From contig NW_024704742.1 of assembly GCF_018977255.1 (NCBI RefSeq), positions 32,862,001 to 32,926,000 on the forward strand: a DNA stretch of 64,000 nt, in the 5' to 3' direction. The translations under genes and the position numbers were made by a program. Below the pieces are notes generated by a model. That model saw only the letters and a list, made by a program, of their open reading frames with translations. It had not been told where the DNA came from and did not search any database. Every line of letters begins with the position of its first letter. Position 1 is the first letter of the stretch. The stretch comes from Callorhinchus milii. Its lineage: Eukaryota. Below are positions 1 through 11,304 of the stretch, piece after piece.

Positions 1-438
1 ATAAAAGTAATCTAATAATTGTTTTGAAGAGACAAAGTATAATTTAATTGGATTGAATGAAACGAGAAGAGCATAATAAACCGTTTTGTTCAAAATAGTT
101 GTACTTTGATATTGATTAAAATCACGTGTGTATGTGTGTGGGGGGCGGGGGAGGAAACATGCAGGACGTGCTAATTATTTATAAAGGCTTGTTAAAACAA
201 TCAAAGTGCATGGTATTAATGGAAATAGGGTAGCATAGATAGAAAGTTGATTAACGGCTCATTTTAACAAGCCTCTTATGTAATACCTTATCAGAGACTT
301 CTGAAAATCCATATACATCACATCCTAATGCCCCATTAAAAAAAAGCTGTAAGCTGTAAGAATATGTGGTCAAATCTCAGATTTCATCTAGTATGTGTAT
401 TCCTTGTAAGGGTTAGTGGGAGACTCATGGAGCCTATC

Positions 439-780
439 CAACAGCAACTTGCATTTATATAGCGCCCTTCACACAAGGTAGCATCCTGCAGTGCTTGACA
501 GTGGTGGAGTCTGACAACAAGCCAAGGGGAGGGGGGAGATGATAGTTAGCACGATCGAAAAGGAAGGTCTTTAGGCGGGATGGTGGAGCGGAGTGCATGG
601 GGGACAATTATGAAGCTGGAGCCAGCCGAGCGGAGGCAGCGGGTGGTGGAGTGGGAGGTCTGATATGTTAGTGGGGGTGTGAGGGAATGAAGAGATTTGA
701 AAACGAGTGAAAGAATCTTGAAGTCAATCGGTTCAGTGATTGGAAGCCAGTGGAGCCTGGTAAGGACTGGTGTGATAAGA
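439..780 (-). mobile_element. L2 3' fragment
   Basis: ITPVLTRLHWLPITEPIDFKILSLVFKSLH on minus strand; tail gcaagttgctgttg at ~440-452. Confidence 0.85.
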
Positions 781-2714
781 GTAGAGGTTTGTGCGGGTGA
801 GTATCCTTCTCGAAAGGGAGTAAGGCAAGGTTGTCCACCATCACCCATCGTATTTGATGTATTCATTAATAATTTATTGGACAGCATTGAGAAAGGACTT
901 AGTGCATCTGTTCCAGATATATAAAAGGATTAGGGTACTTCTGTTTGCAGATGATATTGCATCTAGATAGACTCACCTGGAGATCTTGTACACTGCACTC
1001 ATTATTTTAAACACTTCAGTGGGACATGGTGGTACTGCCCTCAATTTCAGTACATGGTCTTGAATGGCTCAAGAGGGAGATCCTTGAAGGTATTGCTTAA
1101 AAATAATCTTTGCATTTGACTAGAAGACGCAAGGGGAAATCATCCCAAAATTTGATTCATATCGGTAACTTGGTGTTGTGGACACCAACTTTTGCTTTGT
1201 ACACTGTCCCTCTTCAATGATAGCAAAGTTCCTATGTAAGTTAAGCATGTGGTGTATAAGACATGTGTCCAAAACAGTTCTCGTTTGTGGTTCCAAGCTA
1301 CAAGGCATGCAGTGGATGGGTTTCTTTTATCTGTTTACAAAGTAAATGGACCAAAGGGTGAGGTGCATTTGTGGTAAAATGGGAAGTGGCTGCAGGGGGG
1401 AAGGAAGGCTCTAGTCCACATTGATCTGTTCGGTACCTTTTAGGTGTAGTCAGCTTCATGGCAAGTACGTGCATTTGCCAAAGTCCCTCACGTGAGGACC
1501 GAAAAGTAGTTAAATTGTGTAAAGCTGATATGCAGAATTGGATATTGATTCCAAAACATCAAGGTGGCTGGCATGTTACAAATTGTCCTGTGTCGGTCCT
1601 CCCACCAATGTGAAGGCAGATATCTGTAAAACAGCTGATAAGGAAAATTCAACAGCTGCCAGAGGGCATTAACTGGAGCCTGGATTTGTGAACACAGGTT
1701 CACAGGGGCTTGGATTCCACCTTGGTTGGTATCCAGACAGTAAGCAGCTGCTGCTCAGGCTCTGCACCTCCTAGAACTACTGGGAATTATATGGGAAAGG
1801 ATATGTGTCCAAGCTGTGGGCAGAAAGATGGTGGCATTGTTCTCACACATTTCATTGGCTACGTTGTGCTGCTCACCAGGAAGCTCACAGGTAATTCCTC
1901 ATCGGCCTTCCAAACTCTTCCCTTCACAAGCTGCAGACCATCCAAAACTCCGCGGCTCGTTTACTCTCACGCACCAGGCTCCGTGACCCCATCACTCCCA
2001 CCCTCGCCCGACTCCACTGCCTCCCCATCCCCCAGAGGATCGAGTTCAAGATTCTCGTCCTCACCTTTAGGCCATCCATGGCCTTGCCCCCTCCTACCTT
2101 TCTGACCTGCTGACTCCCTACCAGCCTGCCCGCTCCCTCCATTCAGCGGGCTCCGGTCTGCTCCATGTCTCCCGCCCGACCCACCCTACCATCGGTGGCC
2201 GGGCTTTCAGCCTCTCTGCCCCCACCCTCTGGAACTCCATCCCACGGTCCCTTCACCTCGCTTCCTCCCTTGCCTCCTTCAAGGCCAGTCTGAAGACCCT
2301 TCTCTTCGACCGTGCCTTCGGTCGCCCTCCCACCTCTCTGCCTTCCCTCACCACTACCCCACCCCTCCCCCATGCTTGGGTCCTGACCCCTGACTGTCCA
2401 GCGCCTTGGGACGTCCTCCCAACGTGAAAGGCGCTCTATACATGTAATTCTGTTGTTGTTGATTGGTGGATTGCTTTTCTGGGGGTAATAATTTCTTCTC
2501 AAAAAAAAAATCCTCTGGAGTGGTCTCAGGAGTCAGATTCCTGAGCCAGGCAAGTCCACAGTATTCCAAGGCTCTGCTGATGAAGGACCAGACATCGGCA
2601 GACCTCCAACAGTATGTCAACACACTATAGGGACCCCCAAGCTTCAGCTAATACTCTCCACAATAAGTAAGCAGAGTGCATCCCTCCAGGGACAACAAAT
2701 GTATTCCATTCCAG
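781..2714 (+). mobile_element. Degenerate non-LTR retrotransposon distinct from L2/CR1 (clade unresolved), interrupted by an L2 at 1897-2461
   Basis: RT motifs KGVRQGCPPSPIVFDVFINNLL and LLFADDI (813-960), YR*LGV (~1159), CPSCG...LTHF zinc-knuckle-like stretch (1805-1855), 3' end TCCCTCCAGGGA...ATTCCATTCC matching two other copies in the window. Linking 2505-2714 to the RT is inference. Confidence 0.65.
1897..2461 (+). mobile_element. L2 3' fragment with tail
   Basis: Encodes LQTIQNSAARL...ITPTLARLH.LP.PQRIEFKIL; ends CAGCGCCTTGGGACGTCCTCCCAACGTGAAAGGCGCT...(TTG)n. Confidence 0.9.
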
Positions 2715-3429
2715 ACACTGGGAAATTTCTAGGTGCAAGGTCATACTTGTATGTGCAAATCTCAGTCTGGCTTCGATATTCTTAAGCATGGCTATGTGTC
2801 AGACACCCAGCAAATCAAAAAAAGGTTTAAAGGTTTCACAAGATTGGTTTGGATGAAGATGGTTTGGTCCACCTGTTCTCATTTTTCCAGAATACCATCC
2901 TCCCAGCACAGCATCAAACTGCTTTTTTTAAAAAAAATATTGCATACACCAGTAAATCTTTGGAAGATTTACCGGTGCAGATTGAGAAACAGGAAAAAGT
3001 ACAGAAGGGTCACGTGAGATGAGAGATCCTTGCTCAAATATGTTCAGGTATTCTGGAAACCTCTCCCAATCACACATGTTTCACGTTCTTAAGAACATCT
3101 TTTGTGTGATAATAAAGGAAATTTCAGATTAAATGTTAAAAGTTTTGTTCACACCAAAAGTGTTATTAGCTGTGCATTTGTAGATTCATCAACAATCACT
3201 TAAAAACAGATTTCACACCACCTCATTAATTTGTGATTGTGAGTGCAAAAATGTAAGTGTTATTTAACATCCCCCCTCCACTGCAAAAGATGGATATATC
3301 AAATGAAGAGTATGAATGCAATGGTGAAGTATAAAATAGTATACACGATCCTTGCACAAATATATTTGTCACATGAAATGGAACATACAATGTACACATT
3401 CATTTATAGTAATTATGAAGTGTATACAC

Positions 3430-5727
3430 AACTACCAGAATGTTTTACATTTATTTAACTTTTTTTTTGCAATAACAGATGACAGTGTATGTATTTAAAA
3501 CTGTAGCTGGAATTAGACATTTACATTTTACATATATATATTAAAAAAAGAAGAGTTCCAGGCCAGTGTGTAATCAGTGCTTATTGCTTGGCTTTTTCAC
3601 AGCTTTACCCCAACTATGCTACAGCTTGAAGACATTGTATCTGCTGTTATTTTACTGCAAAACAAATATTAAAACAAATCAAAAGATCTCTCCATATAGT
3701 ATATGTGTTAATACCACACAGTTAACACCCCACTACTCATTGCCTCATGAAGCAGTTGACTGCTTTCTCTATGGTCACTTCATGGCAGCATTGCACAGTA
3801 CTTTGAACAGAAATGAAAGCAACATAAACTTATTTACATTAAACTTTCTTCGTTCAAGCATTACATTTTTTAAAAAAGTGTTCATAAATCCGTCCAATTT
3901 CCTACATTCGGTGACCAACTGTGGCTCCAAGTGGGATAGAAACAGATAAAGATAGAATCTTTATATGGGTACATAACCTAGTCAAAACTCAAGAGACCAC
4001 AGTAATATTGGATATGAGAAGCTCTGAGTTAATTTGTCAACTACATGAACTCTAATCGTATTGTAATAAATAAAGAAAATCTACACTCACAGCAGGGCTA
4101 GTACATATTGTAAGTAAACACAATGTCACACTGTAGACCAACTATGACAAAGATATAGGGAAGCAGCACTGGGCTACTATAAGTAGAATAGCTACAAAAC
4201 GGAGTGCATTGTGTGCCCCAAGCATTCTCAAAAACAAGAAACTTCCAAGATGAGACAGGGTTCAAATCATCAGTAACAGCTGACACTGTTCACCCACATT
4301 CTGATGGAAATATATAAAGGCCATGCAACAAGTACTTTGGCAAGTGATGGGCAACAACATTTAGGAGTTAGTGATATCATAGCCCAGACAAACATGAACC
4401 AATCTCATGTTCGCAGCCTCTGTGCATCCATCAGCAGGCCAATAAAGTGGAACAAATCAGGAAAGTAGTAACAGGATCAATAATTCTATCTTTTTCATAT
4501 ATCGATTGTGTCCATCCATTGAACAGCCTGATGACCTGCAACATTCCTTACATCTATGCAGTAAGTTAAAATTCTGATGAGATTTGTTCAATCATTGACA
4601 GATTGGCTTATGTTGGACAATCGAGTTATTGGTGCGCATCTCAACTGGAATCAATATGTAAGTGAACTATGAAAATTTACACTGTAGTAAAAATCTAAAC
4701 TTCAGTAAAGTGTGATGTGGAAAAATCAGTTACCAATCACTGATGCCATATTTTTAAAATTGAATTTGCAGAGTATCTTTACTGATTTCTTGGACACACT
4801 GCTTAAAGTTAAAAAAGTACCTATACAAATATGCTGCTATTTGTTGTAAACAATATAAATTTCCCATATTTGCAAATTATAACAAAGACTAACAATGCAC
4901 AGCTTCGAAGGTACACAATAAACTTGTCTTCCTTCTCATGAACCACTTGAACAGGTAAGGTTATCTTTGGAAAACAACTTCAATGAAACTGCACTTGGGT
5001 AATTACCAAACATTACTTCTTTGCATTTCACAACTATAAAACTGGTTGCTGACTTTGATTCTGTGAAGCATTTGTATATGTAAGGGAAACCTGGATGTGT
5101 GCCCAATCCATTNAAAAAAAATCACAAAAATGGTGGGGAAACACCGTGCAGACCCTTGAATAAATCTGGACAGCCAGCCAAAAGGATTTCCATTAAAAAA
5201 GACTCATTGCGCCAGGTGAAACTTTTTCACCTGAGTCAAATAATTGACTGTACCAACACCACAATTAAATATTTAACTTATAATATAATATGTAATATAC
5301 TATTTACTACAGCCCTCAGCTAACAATCTTTCTACCAACACTAAAACAAAAAAAAGTATCCAAGTATCAAACCCTTAATCATCTTCGTTTTTCTTTTTTT
5401 TAAACTGGGGCACCCAGCACACTTTAGTAAATCACAAAACAATTTATAAAAATTCATAATAAAACATTTTAAGAATTAAGGCCCTTACAGTTTCAGTGCC
5501 AAAGTAATTTGTGCAGGAATGCGAAGAATCAGATATACAGTATTGCATTTTAAATTGTGCTCATCAATAATGGTCCTTTGTCAGCACGTGGAACTTTAGG
5601 CAAAATGAGGTTAAATGGTGAACTTTTAAGTTATTTTCCTAAATGCTGTCAGTAATGTGTTACAGGTGGTATTACACCAACAATATAGTTAATGGTTAAA
5701 TCTTTCCCAATATTACTGCATAGGTGT
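3430..5727 (-). other. UGT8: Probable UGT8 3' UTR (~2.3 kb)
   Basis: Stretch after the stop codon with no recognisable SINE/LINE. First canonical AATAAA I found on the minus strand is at 3450-3455; a CR1-like fragment resumes near 3.1 kb. End point is inferred. Confidence 0.55.
3450..3455 (-). terminator. Candidate polyadenylation signal AATAAA
   Basis: TTTATT on plus strand; GT-rich sequence (gttgtgt) follows downstream on the minus strand. Confidence 0.5.
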
Positions 5728-6082
5728 TCATTTCACTTTTTTTTCATGTTTGACGTGACCATTCTTCCGATGTTTACCGTTTGCTATACCATTGTAGCAA
5801 TGTCCATTAGTTTTACCCTGCAGTACTTTGGATGAAAATCTTTTGGAAATCAACTTCACTATCCACAATCCTATCTTGTATGTTACAACAACACTCAGTG
5901 AAACAAGCAGCGCTGCATCCAGCAGGAAGTATTGGTAGAACCGGATATTATAAACAGCAGCACGAAGATGCTCTGCTCCACTATAACGGAGAATGTAGTT
6001 TATCCAGTAGACGGTTCGACTAACAGGATGCCCAGGCTGGTCTCTGTGAATTTGAGACATCTGTTCAGCCCGTTGCTTGTAT
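5728..6082 (-). CDS. UGT8: UGT8 last coding exon (355 bp incl. TGA): transmembrane helix and dilysine ER-retrieval tail
   Basis: tttttag|A TAC AAG...; encodes YKQRAEQMSQIHRDQPGHPVSRTVYWINYILR...FLLDAALLVSLSVVVT...KHEKKVK*. Five exons total 1617 nt = 538 aa + stop. Confidence 0.96.
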
Positions 6083-6844
6083 CTAAAAAATGCAACAAAT
6101 GCACTTATTATTCATTTCATTTTTGTATTTAGTTAAACAAAACACCAGACTAATGATAAACATGATGCAACCAAGTCACTTACTGACTGACGAGTCAGAA
6201 TTGTTATGATCGATTTTAAGCAATTGTTATTCAGATCAAGAAATGGAAAGGGTGTAGACTTTTATTGTAATTTGAAACAGAAAAGTAAATTAGCATTTAC
6301 GGTACACAGGAATTTGTTGCATACGTTGAAACCAGGGGTCTTAGTCGATCAATGCTAGGTGCACTCTCGCGCTTGATCAAAAAGACAAGAGGAATGAGTA
6401 ATAGAATTGCATAGTTATTAGTCCAATTGAAAACAAATATAAACTATTATTTGAAATGCAGTAAATATCACTCCTTCATATTGATTTTATTGAGCACGTG
6501 CGATACAACACCTAATGTTGATCAACTAGTCGGAGACCCCTGGTTTAAACCTTTCCATAGTGGAACGTCACTCCACCACCACAGCTGTGATGATGCTTTT
6601 CTGATGATGATTTGGTCCAGTCAATGGTGCCAAAACTCAGTTTATGTTAATGTGATCAACATTTGTGCTAATCCAAAAATATGAAACCAAATGTGGACAA
6701 ATGCAGATATCGAAAATTTTAAATAAAACGTTTATACAAATATTCTCTTTTAGCCAAACTTGGGTCCCATCCTTAACGATGGAAAACAAAGTGCCCCACC
6801 ACACTTTATAATTTTGCTAAATTTGACAAAAATGTCTTTCTTAC

Positions 6845-7064
6845 CGTGGATCTTTAATCACAGTTACCATGGCGTTGTATAGATCATCTTCAGTCATAGT
6901 CTTCCAGTTTAATGAAATGCCCATACCTTTTGCATGGACCCGAGTCATAGTGTCGTAATGATCACCAAACAGGGGAATTCCAACTACAGGTACCCCGTGG
7001 TACATCGCTTCAAAGATACCATTCAGACCCCCGTGGCTAAGAAAGCCTTTTATGTTTGAGTGAC
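6845..7064 (-). CDS. UGT8: UGT8 coding exon 4 (220 bp; not in the ORF track)
   Basis: Read manually: ctgtag|GT CAC TCA... encodes (G)HSNIKGFLSHGGLNGIFEAMYHGVPVVGIPLFGDHYDTMTRVHAKGMGISLNWKTMTEDDLYNAMVTVIKDP(R), the rest of the UGT signature. Donor CG|gtaa at 6844; ACTAAC branch-point motif at 7087-7092. Confidence 0.96.
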
Positions 7065-7483
7065 CTACAGTTGTATAAACAAAATAGTTAGTTTAGAATG
7101 CAGATAGTTTGATTCCAAATCTATTTAGCGGACAAAAAGACCCACAAATGAAGGAAATGAGAAATGAAAACCGGAAAATACGCCCAACTAGTAAGGGAAA
7201 TCAGTCAACAAGAGGTGATTTAGGTGTGGGGTGGTGTTGAGAAGGCATGCCAACAAAGGTTACTGGGCCACAACTCATATATCTTGATACCAAGAAGCTG
7301 CTTAAGATAAAACTGACTGTATCAAAAATTGCAACAAATGCAAATGGTGGAAATATACGTTTCCTCTCATAAGAGAGATTTTTTTCTGGTCAGCCAGGTG
7401 TCTGATACATGTGGTAACCCATCACTATGCTGAAGAGTATTCACACCAAACTGAGAATTCCATGTATCCCAGAGATAGATTGC

Positions 7484-7632
7484 TGGAATGGAATGTGCGC
7501 TCTCTCCCTTGGGAGGGACACGTCCTGCTTACCCAATTCCGGAAAGTATTAGGCGCAGGTTAGCAAGAGCCAAGGCTTCGGGACCCCAGAGTGTGCGATG
7601 GGATAACTGCTAGAGCCTAACCAGCTAAAACC
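7484..7632 (-). mobile_element. 3' end copy of the (ATTCC)n-tailed element
   Basis: Reverse complement aligns by eye with 60134-60273 (AGCTGGTTAG, ATCCCATCGCACAC, TTGGCTCTTGC.AACCTGC, GTCCCTCC..AGGGAGAGAGCGC). Confidence 0.75.
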
Positions 7633-8006
7633 GCATTAATATCGCTGTCTAGTAAGCTTTTAATTATGTTGACAACAAAGTAAAATCTGGCAGCACTGCC
7701 TAGATCAGAGCTTCTTTTACTTTGGAGCAGATGAGATGTCTCCACAAGATGGACAATATTCTGTTGCATGTGGCGAGTGAACGATGAATAATAATAATAA
7801 TAAATACCAGATCTCAGTAATAATGAATATTTTTTTTCAGATCAATCTTTGGCTGGCTTTCATGGGCATGTTATAACAAAGCTCATATATATTAGTTGTG
7901 CAACCATACACTTGTTAGTTCTTCAGAGGAACTTTTACTGTTTTCAACTGAAATGAGCCAAAGAATAGAAACTCGTGGGTAATTTCTCCACAAGGGATTT
8001 CTTTAC

Positions 8007-8083
8007 CAAGTAAGTCATTTTGTGGCATCCATTCCACAAGCCTTGTATTATTGCCCAAATTGCTGGGCTTCTTTCCAGAATAT
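8007..8083 (-). CDS. UGT8: UGT8 coding exon 3 (77 bp)
   Basis: ttgcag|A...G|gtaaag; encodes (R)[25 protein letters not shown](G), the start of the UDP-glycosyltransferase signature. Confidence 0.96.
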
Positions 8084-8857
8084 CTGCAACAGAAAGAAAA
8101 AGAATATATAAGCATCTCTATGCGCTTGCTCTATAAAAATATTGGTACTTAACTATGAGAAAGTAATAATACATGAAGAACTACAACATCTATTAACGTT
8201 GATTACCATGTTCAATTTCCAGGGCTTTGAGTTGTCCTTCTGATATGAAAGGTGCTACATAAATGTAAATTTGTATTGTATTGTCTAGCCCAAACCTTTG
8301 CAGAACTTACTGGGGCTTGCATCAGAGTGCAATTTCTCTTCAGGTTTGTTGTTTTATTTTGGATAAGAAACAATTTTTCAAGTATGATTAAGTCCCAGAA
8401 AGCACTCGGATCCTTTGACTATTCTTTGACTATAATCCTTGCATTTTGATATAGCGCTTTTCAAAATGCAAGGATTATATTGATTGATAGAAGAGATTAT
8501 TATTACTCCTTGAAAAAAATGTTTTCCCCATATATGAATATTTTAATCATCGTGATTGGATATAAATTTAGCCAGCATATAAGCCTTACTGTCTGACAAA
8601 ACGAATGTGTCCCACATACCTGTCCAAATACGCAACTCAACATTTGAGATCAGGAAGGGAAATAATGAAGCCCTGAAGGCCTCTGCACAATGTGCTGAAC
8701 ACACTATTAAAATGATGCAGATGGGTGGCATTAAGCAAGTCTGGGCAGAGAAGGAATCAAAGAAACATGAACTAAAAACAACATACTCTCATCCCCTTCA
8801 AGATCCTGAAAAGACAACACACAACTTACTTTCTCAATCATGAGAAAATGCAACACA

Positions 8858-9087
8858 CTGCCTGTCCTCCATCCCCTAATCACGCTGCCTCACCCCCTCC
8901 TTAGCCTCCTTCAAGTCCCGCCTCAAAACCCTCCTCTTCGACCATGGCACTGGTCACCCCCCTTACCTTCTCCCCCTGACCCCAGCTCGGGTCTGAAATG
9001 CTGTACACTATCAGGGCCTTGGGACGTCCTCCCGACGTGAAAGGTGCTATACAAATGTAATCTTGTTGTTATCTTCTTGTTGTTGTC
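8858..9087 (+). mobile_element. L2 3' end
   Basis: CTTCAAGTCCCGCCTCAAAACCCTCCTCTTCGACC (FKSRLKTLLFD), stem-loop and (TTG)n tail. Confidence 0.85.
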
Positions 9088-11004
9088 CTCAACATTAACC
9101 ATTTTCAAATAGGACACAGACTAAGTTATTTCAGTATTTACATAAGTAATATCAAAGTGCACTTCTACTAGGAACAGCTTTAACATGTAGCACACGTTAT
9201 TTTATCTGAGAAATTAATATACAAATGCAAATAACATAAGCTTTCCTTCTTGAATGGAGTAAACTAAGAAGTTTGGTTGATGGTCTTTGGAATAAGTGAG
9301 TAGTTATCCAGAAGAAATACATCTGCTAAAGCTACTGATGTGATAACGTTCTTACAATTATATTCTACAGATGAGGTTCTAAACACATTTATGTTGGCAA
9401 ACAGATGCCAGGCACTTCACAATGATAGGAGAGACCCAACAGTTCTTGGGCGTTACCCAATGTAAATAAAAGACCATAAATCTACACCTAGAATAGGGAT
9501 GTCTGTCCCATCTCTGGGCTAGTTAAGGAGCATGGCCCAGAAAGTTTTACAGATCAAAATTTTAAAAATGTATGCTCTATCTATCTGCAAGTGTGAGCAT
9601 CTTAGCAGCTGACCAGGCAACATCTGACTAAGCTTTCCTTTCTGGGTCATGTTTTAATTCACAGCAGATTCTGCCAACAAGAATGCAAAGTGGTGCAATG
9701 GCTGGGATAATAATAATAATCTTTACATTTGATATAACGCCTTATCACGTCTTTGAGACATCTCAAAGCACTTCACAGAATATACTGTAAAGTGAATTGT
9801 CTGTATATTTTGTGGGCAAAACATGGATGAGTCATTTCCTTTTGTCCAATCACTTTGCTCTGTGTAGGGAAAGCTAGAGTAGATCTGGAATTTTGAATGC
9901 AAAGTTTCTGATAAAAACATTCAGCACAAAAATGTTTTTCCTAAGGAATTGAAGCCATTTCGGAAAGATGTAATGATCCTTGTAATAATTCTTTAATTTG
10001 ATATAGTGCCTTATCACTTTGTTGAGACGTCTCAAAGTGCTTCACAAAGTAAAGTACCGGTAATTATAGTGACTGTGTAAATATAGCAAATGTTTATTTG
10101 TGTATAGAAAATGACCTACAAACAGCTATGAAGTGAATGATCAATTTCATCTGGGGGCCAGGAGAAACTCCCTTCTCTTTTTCTGTAGTTCTATGGGTCA
10201 GAGCAGGGTTTGTTAACTACTGAGCCAGGCTGACACCTAGTCGATGAGTAAAAATGTTTTGGTGCAAGCTTATATTGAAATACCCAGAAATAATTCTAAC
10301 TGCATATACCTTGCTACAGAGAAAGTAATCTGGGCTGTTAATAAATTATCACCTACAAAACAACCTGGCTAAGAATGGAATGAAAATATTGAAAGTAATG
10401 AAAAGTTCATGTTTTCATTTAATTGGCAAGGAATTGTGACTCACACCATCTTCAATCATTGACGTGTTTAAATTTGCTTCTTCATGAGTGATGTTGCACA
10501 ACAATTTGGTACATTTAGGCTGAATGGCTTACTCCTGTTCCTACATCACATGGCATGGCCGTACACTAGCCCCCAATATGCCTGGCAGCTCTTGTTGATT
10601 CTGTATCACTTACCTACCAGAAGATGGTGCTATTGCATTGCAAATCTTTTGTGAAGCTTTTACACATTTTAATTTATCCCTACAATTGCTGCTCCATCTA
10701 GTGATTTTTAAACATTAGTTTATTGAAGCTTCTGTCTAATGAAACATGTGTGAATAATATTGAAACCATATAAGGCAAACATCCTGCATTGTTATTAAGA
10801 CCATACTTTTGGGCACCTTCTGCCTTTCCCCAACATAGCTCTCCTTCACTGCGCCCACCCTCGGCTCAGTCTCTCGGTCAGCTGAGTGAAGTGCTACTAG
10901 ATATATTCCTGAGATGAAAGGCACTATGTAAATATAACTTGTTGTATTACAGTAGTTTCCTGGGCTATTCCTATTGGAATGGATTGATCATATGATGTGC
11001 ACTT

Positions 11005-11304
11005 ATAATAATATAATAATAATCCTTGCATTTGATATAGCGCTTTTCACGTCTTCTCGACGTCTCAAAGCGCTTCACAGAATATACTGTAAAGTGAATT
11101 GACCGTACATTTGTGCACAGCAATGTCCCACAAACAGTCGTGGATTGAAAATGACCAATTTATTATCGCTTTGTTTTGGAGGGATTATTATTAGGCTCTG
11201 TGTGGAGTAAGGAAACTCGCCCAAGGTTTCGCCCTCTGTCGGGAATTAAACCCAGGTGTCTCGCTTGCAAGGCGAGTGCTCTAACCACTGAGCTACAGGA
11301 CTCC
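11005..11304 (-). mobile_element. Young tRNA-derived SINE, short subfamily
   Basis: Head GGAGTCCTGTAGCTCAGTGGTTAGAGCACTCGCCTTGCAAGCGAG with A/B boxes; tail AAATGCAAGG(ATT)n. Confidence 0.92.
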
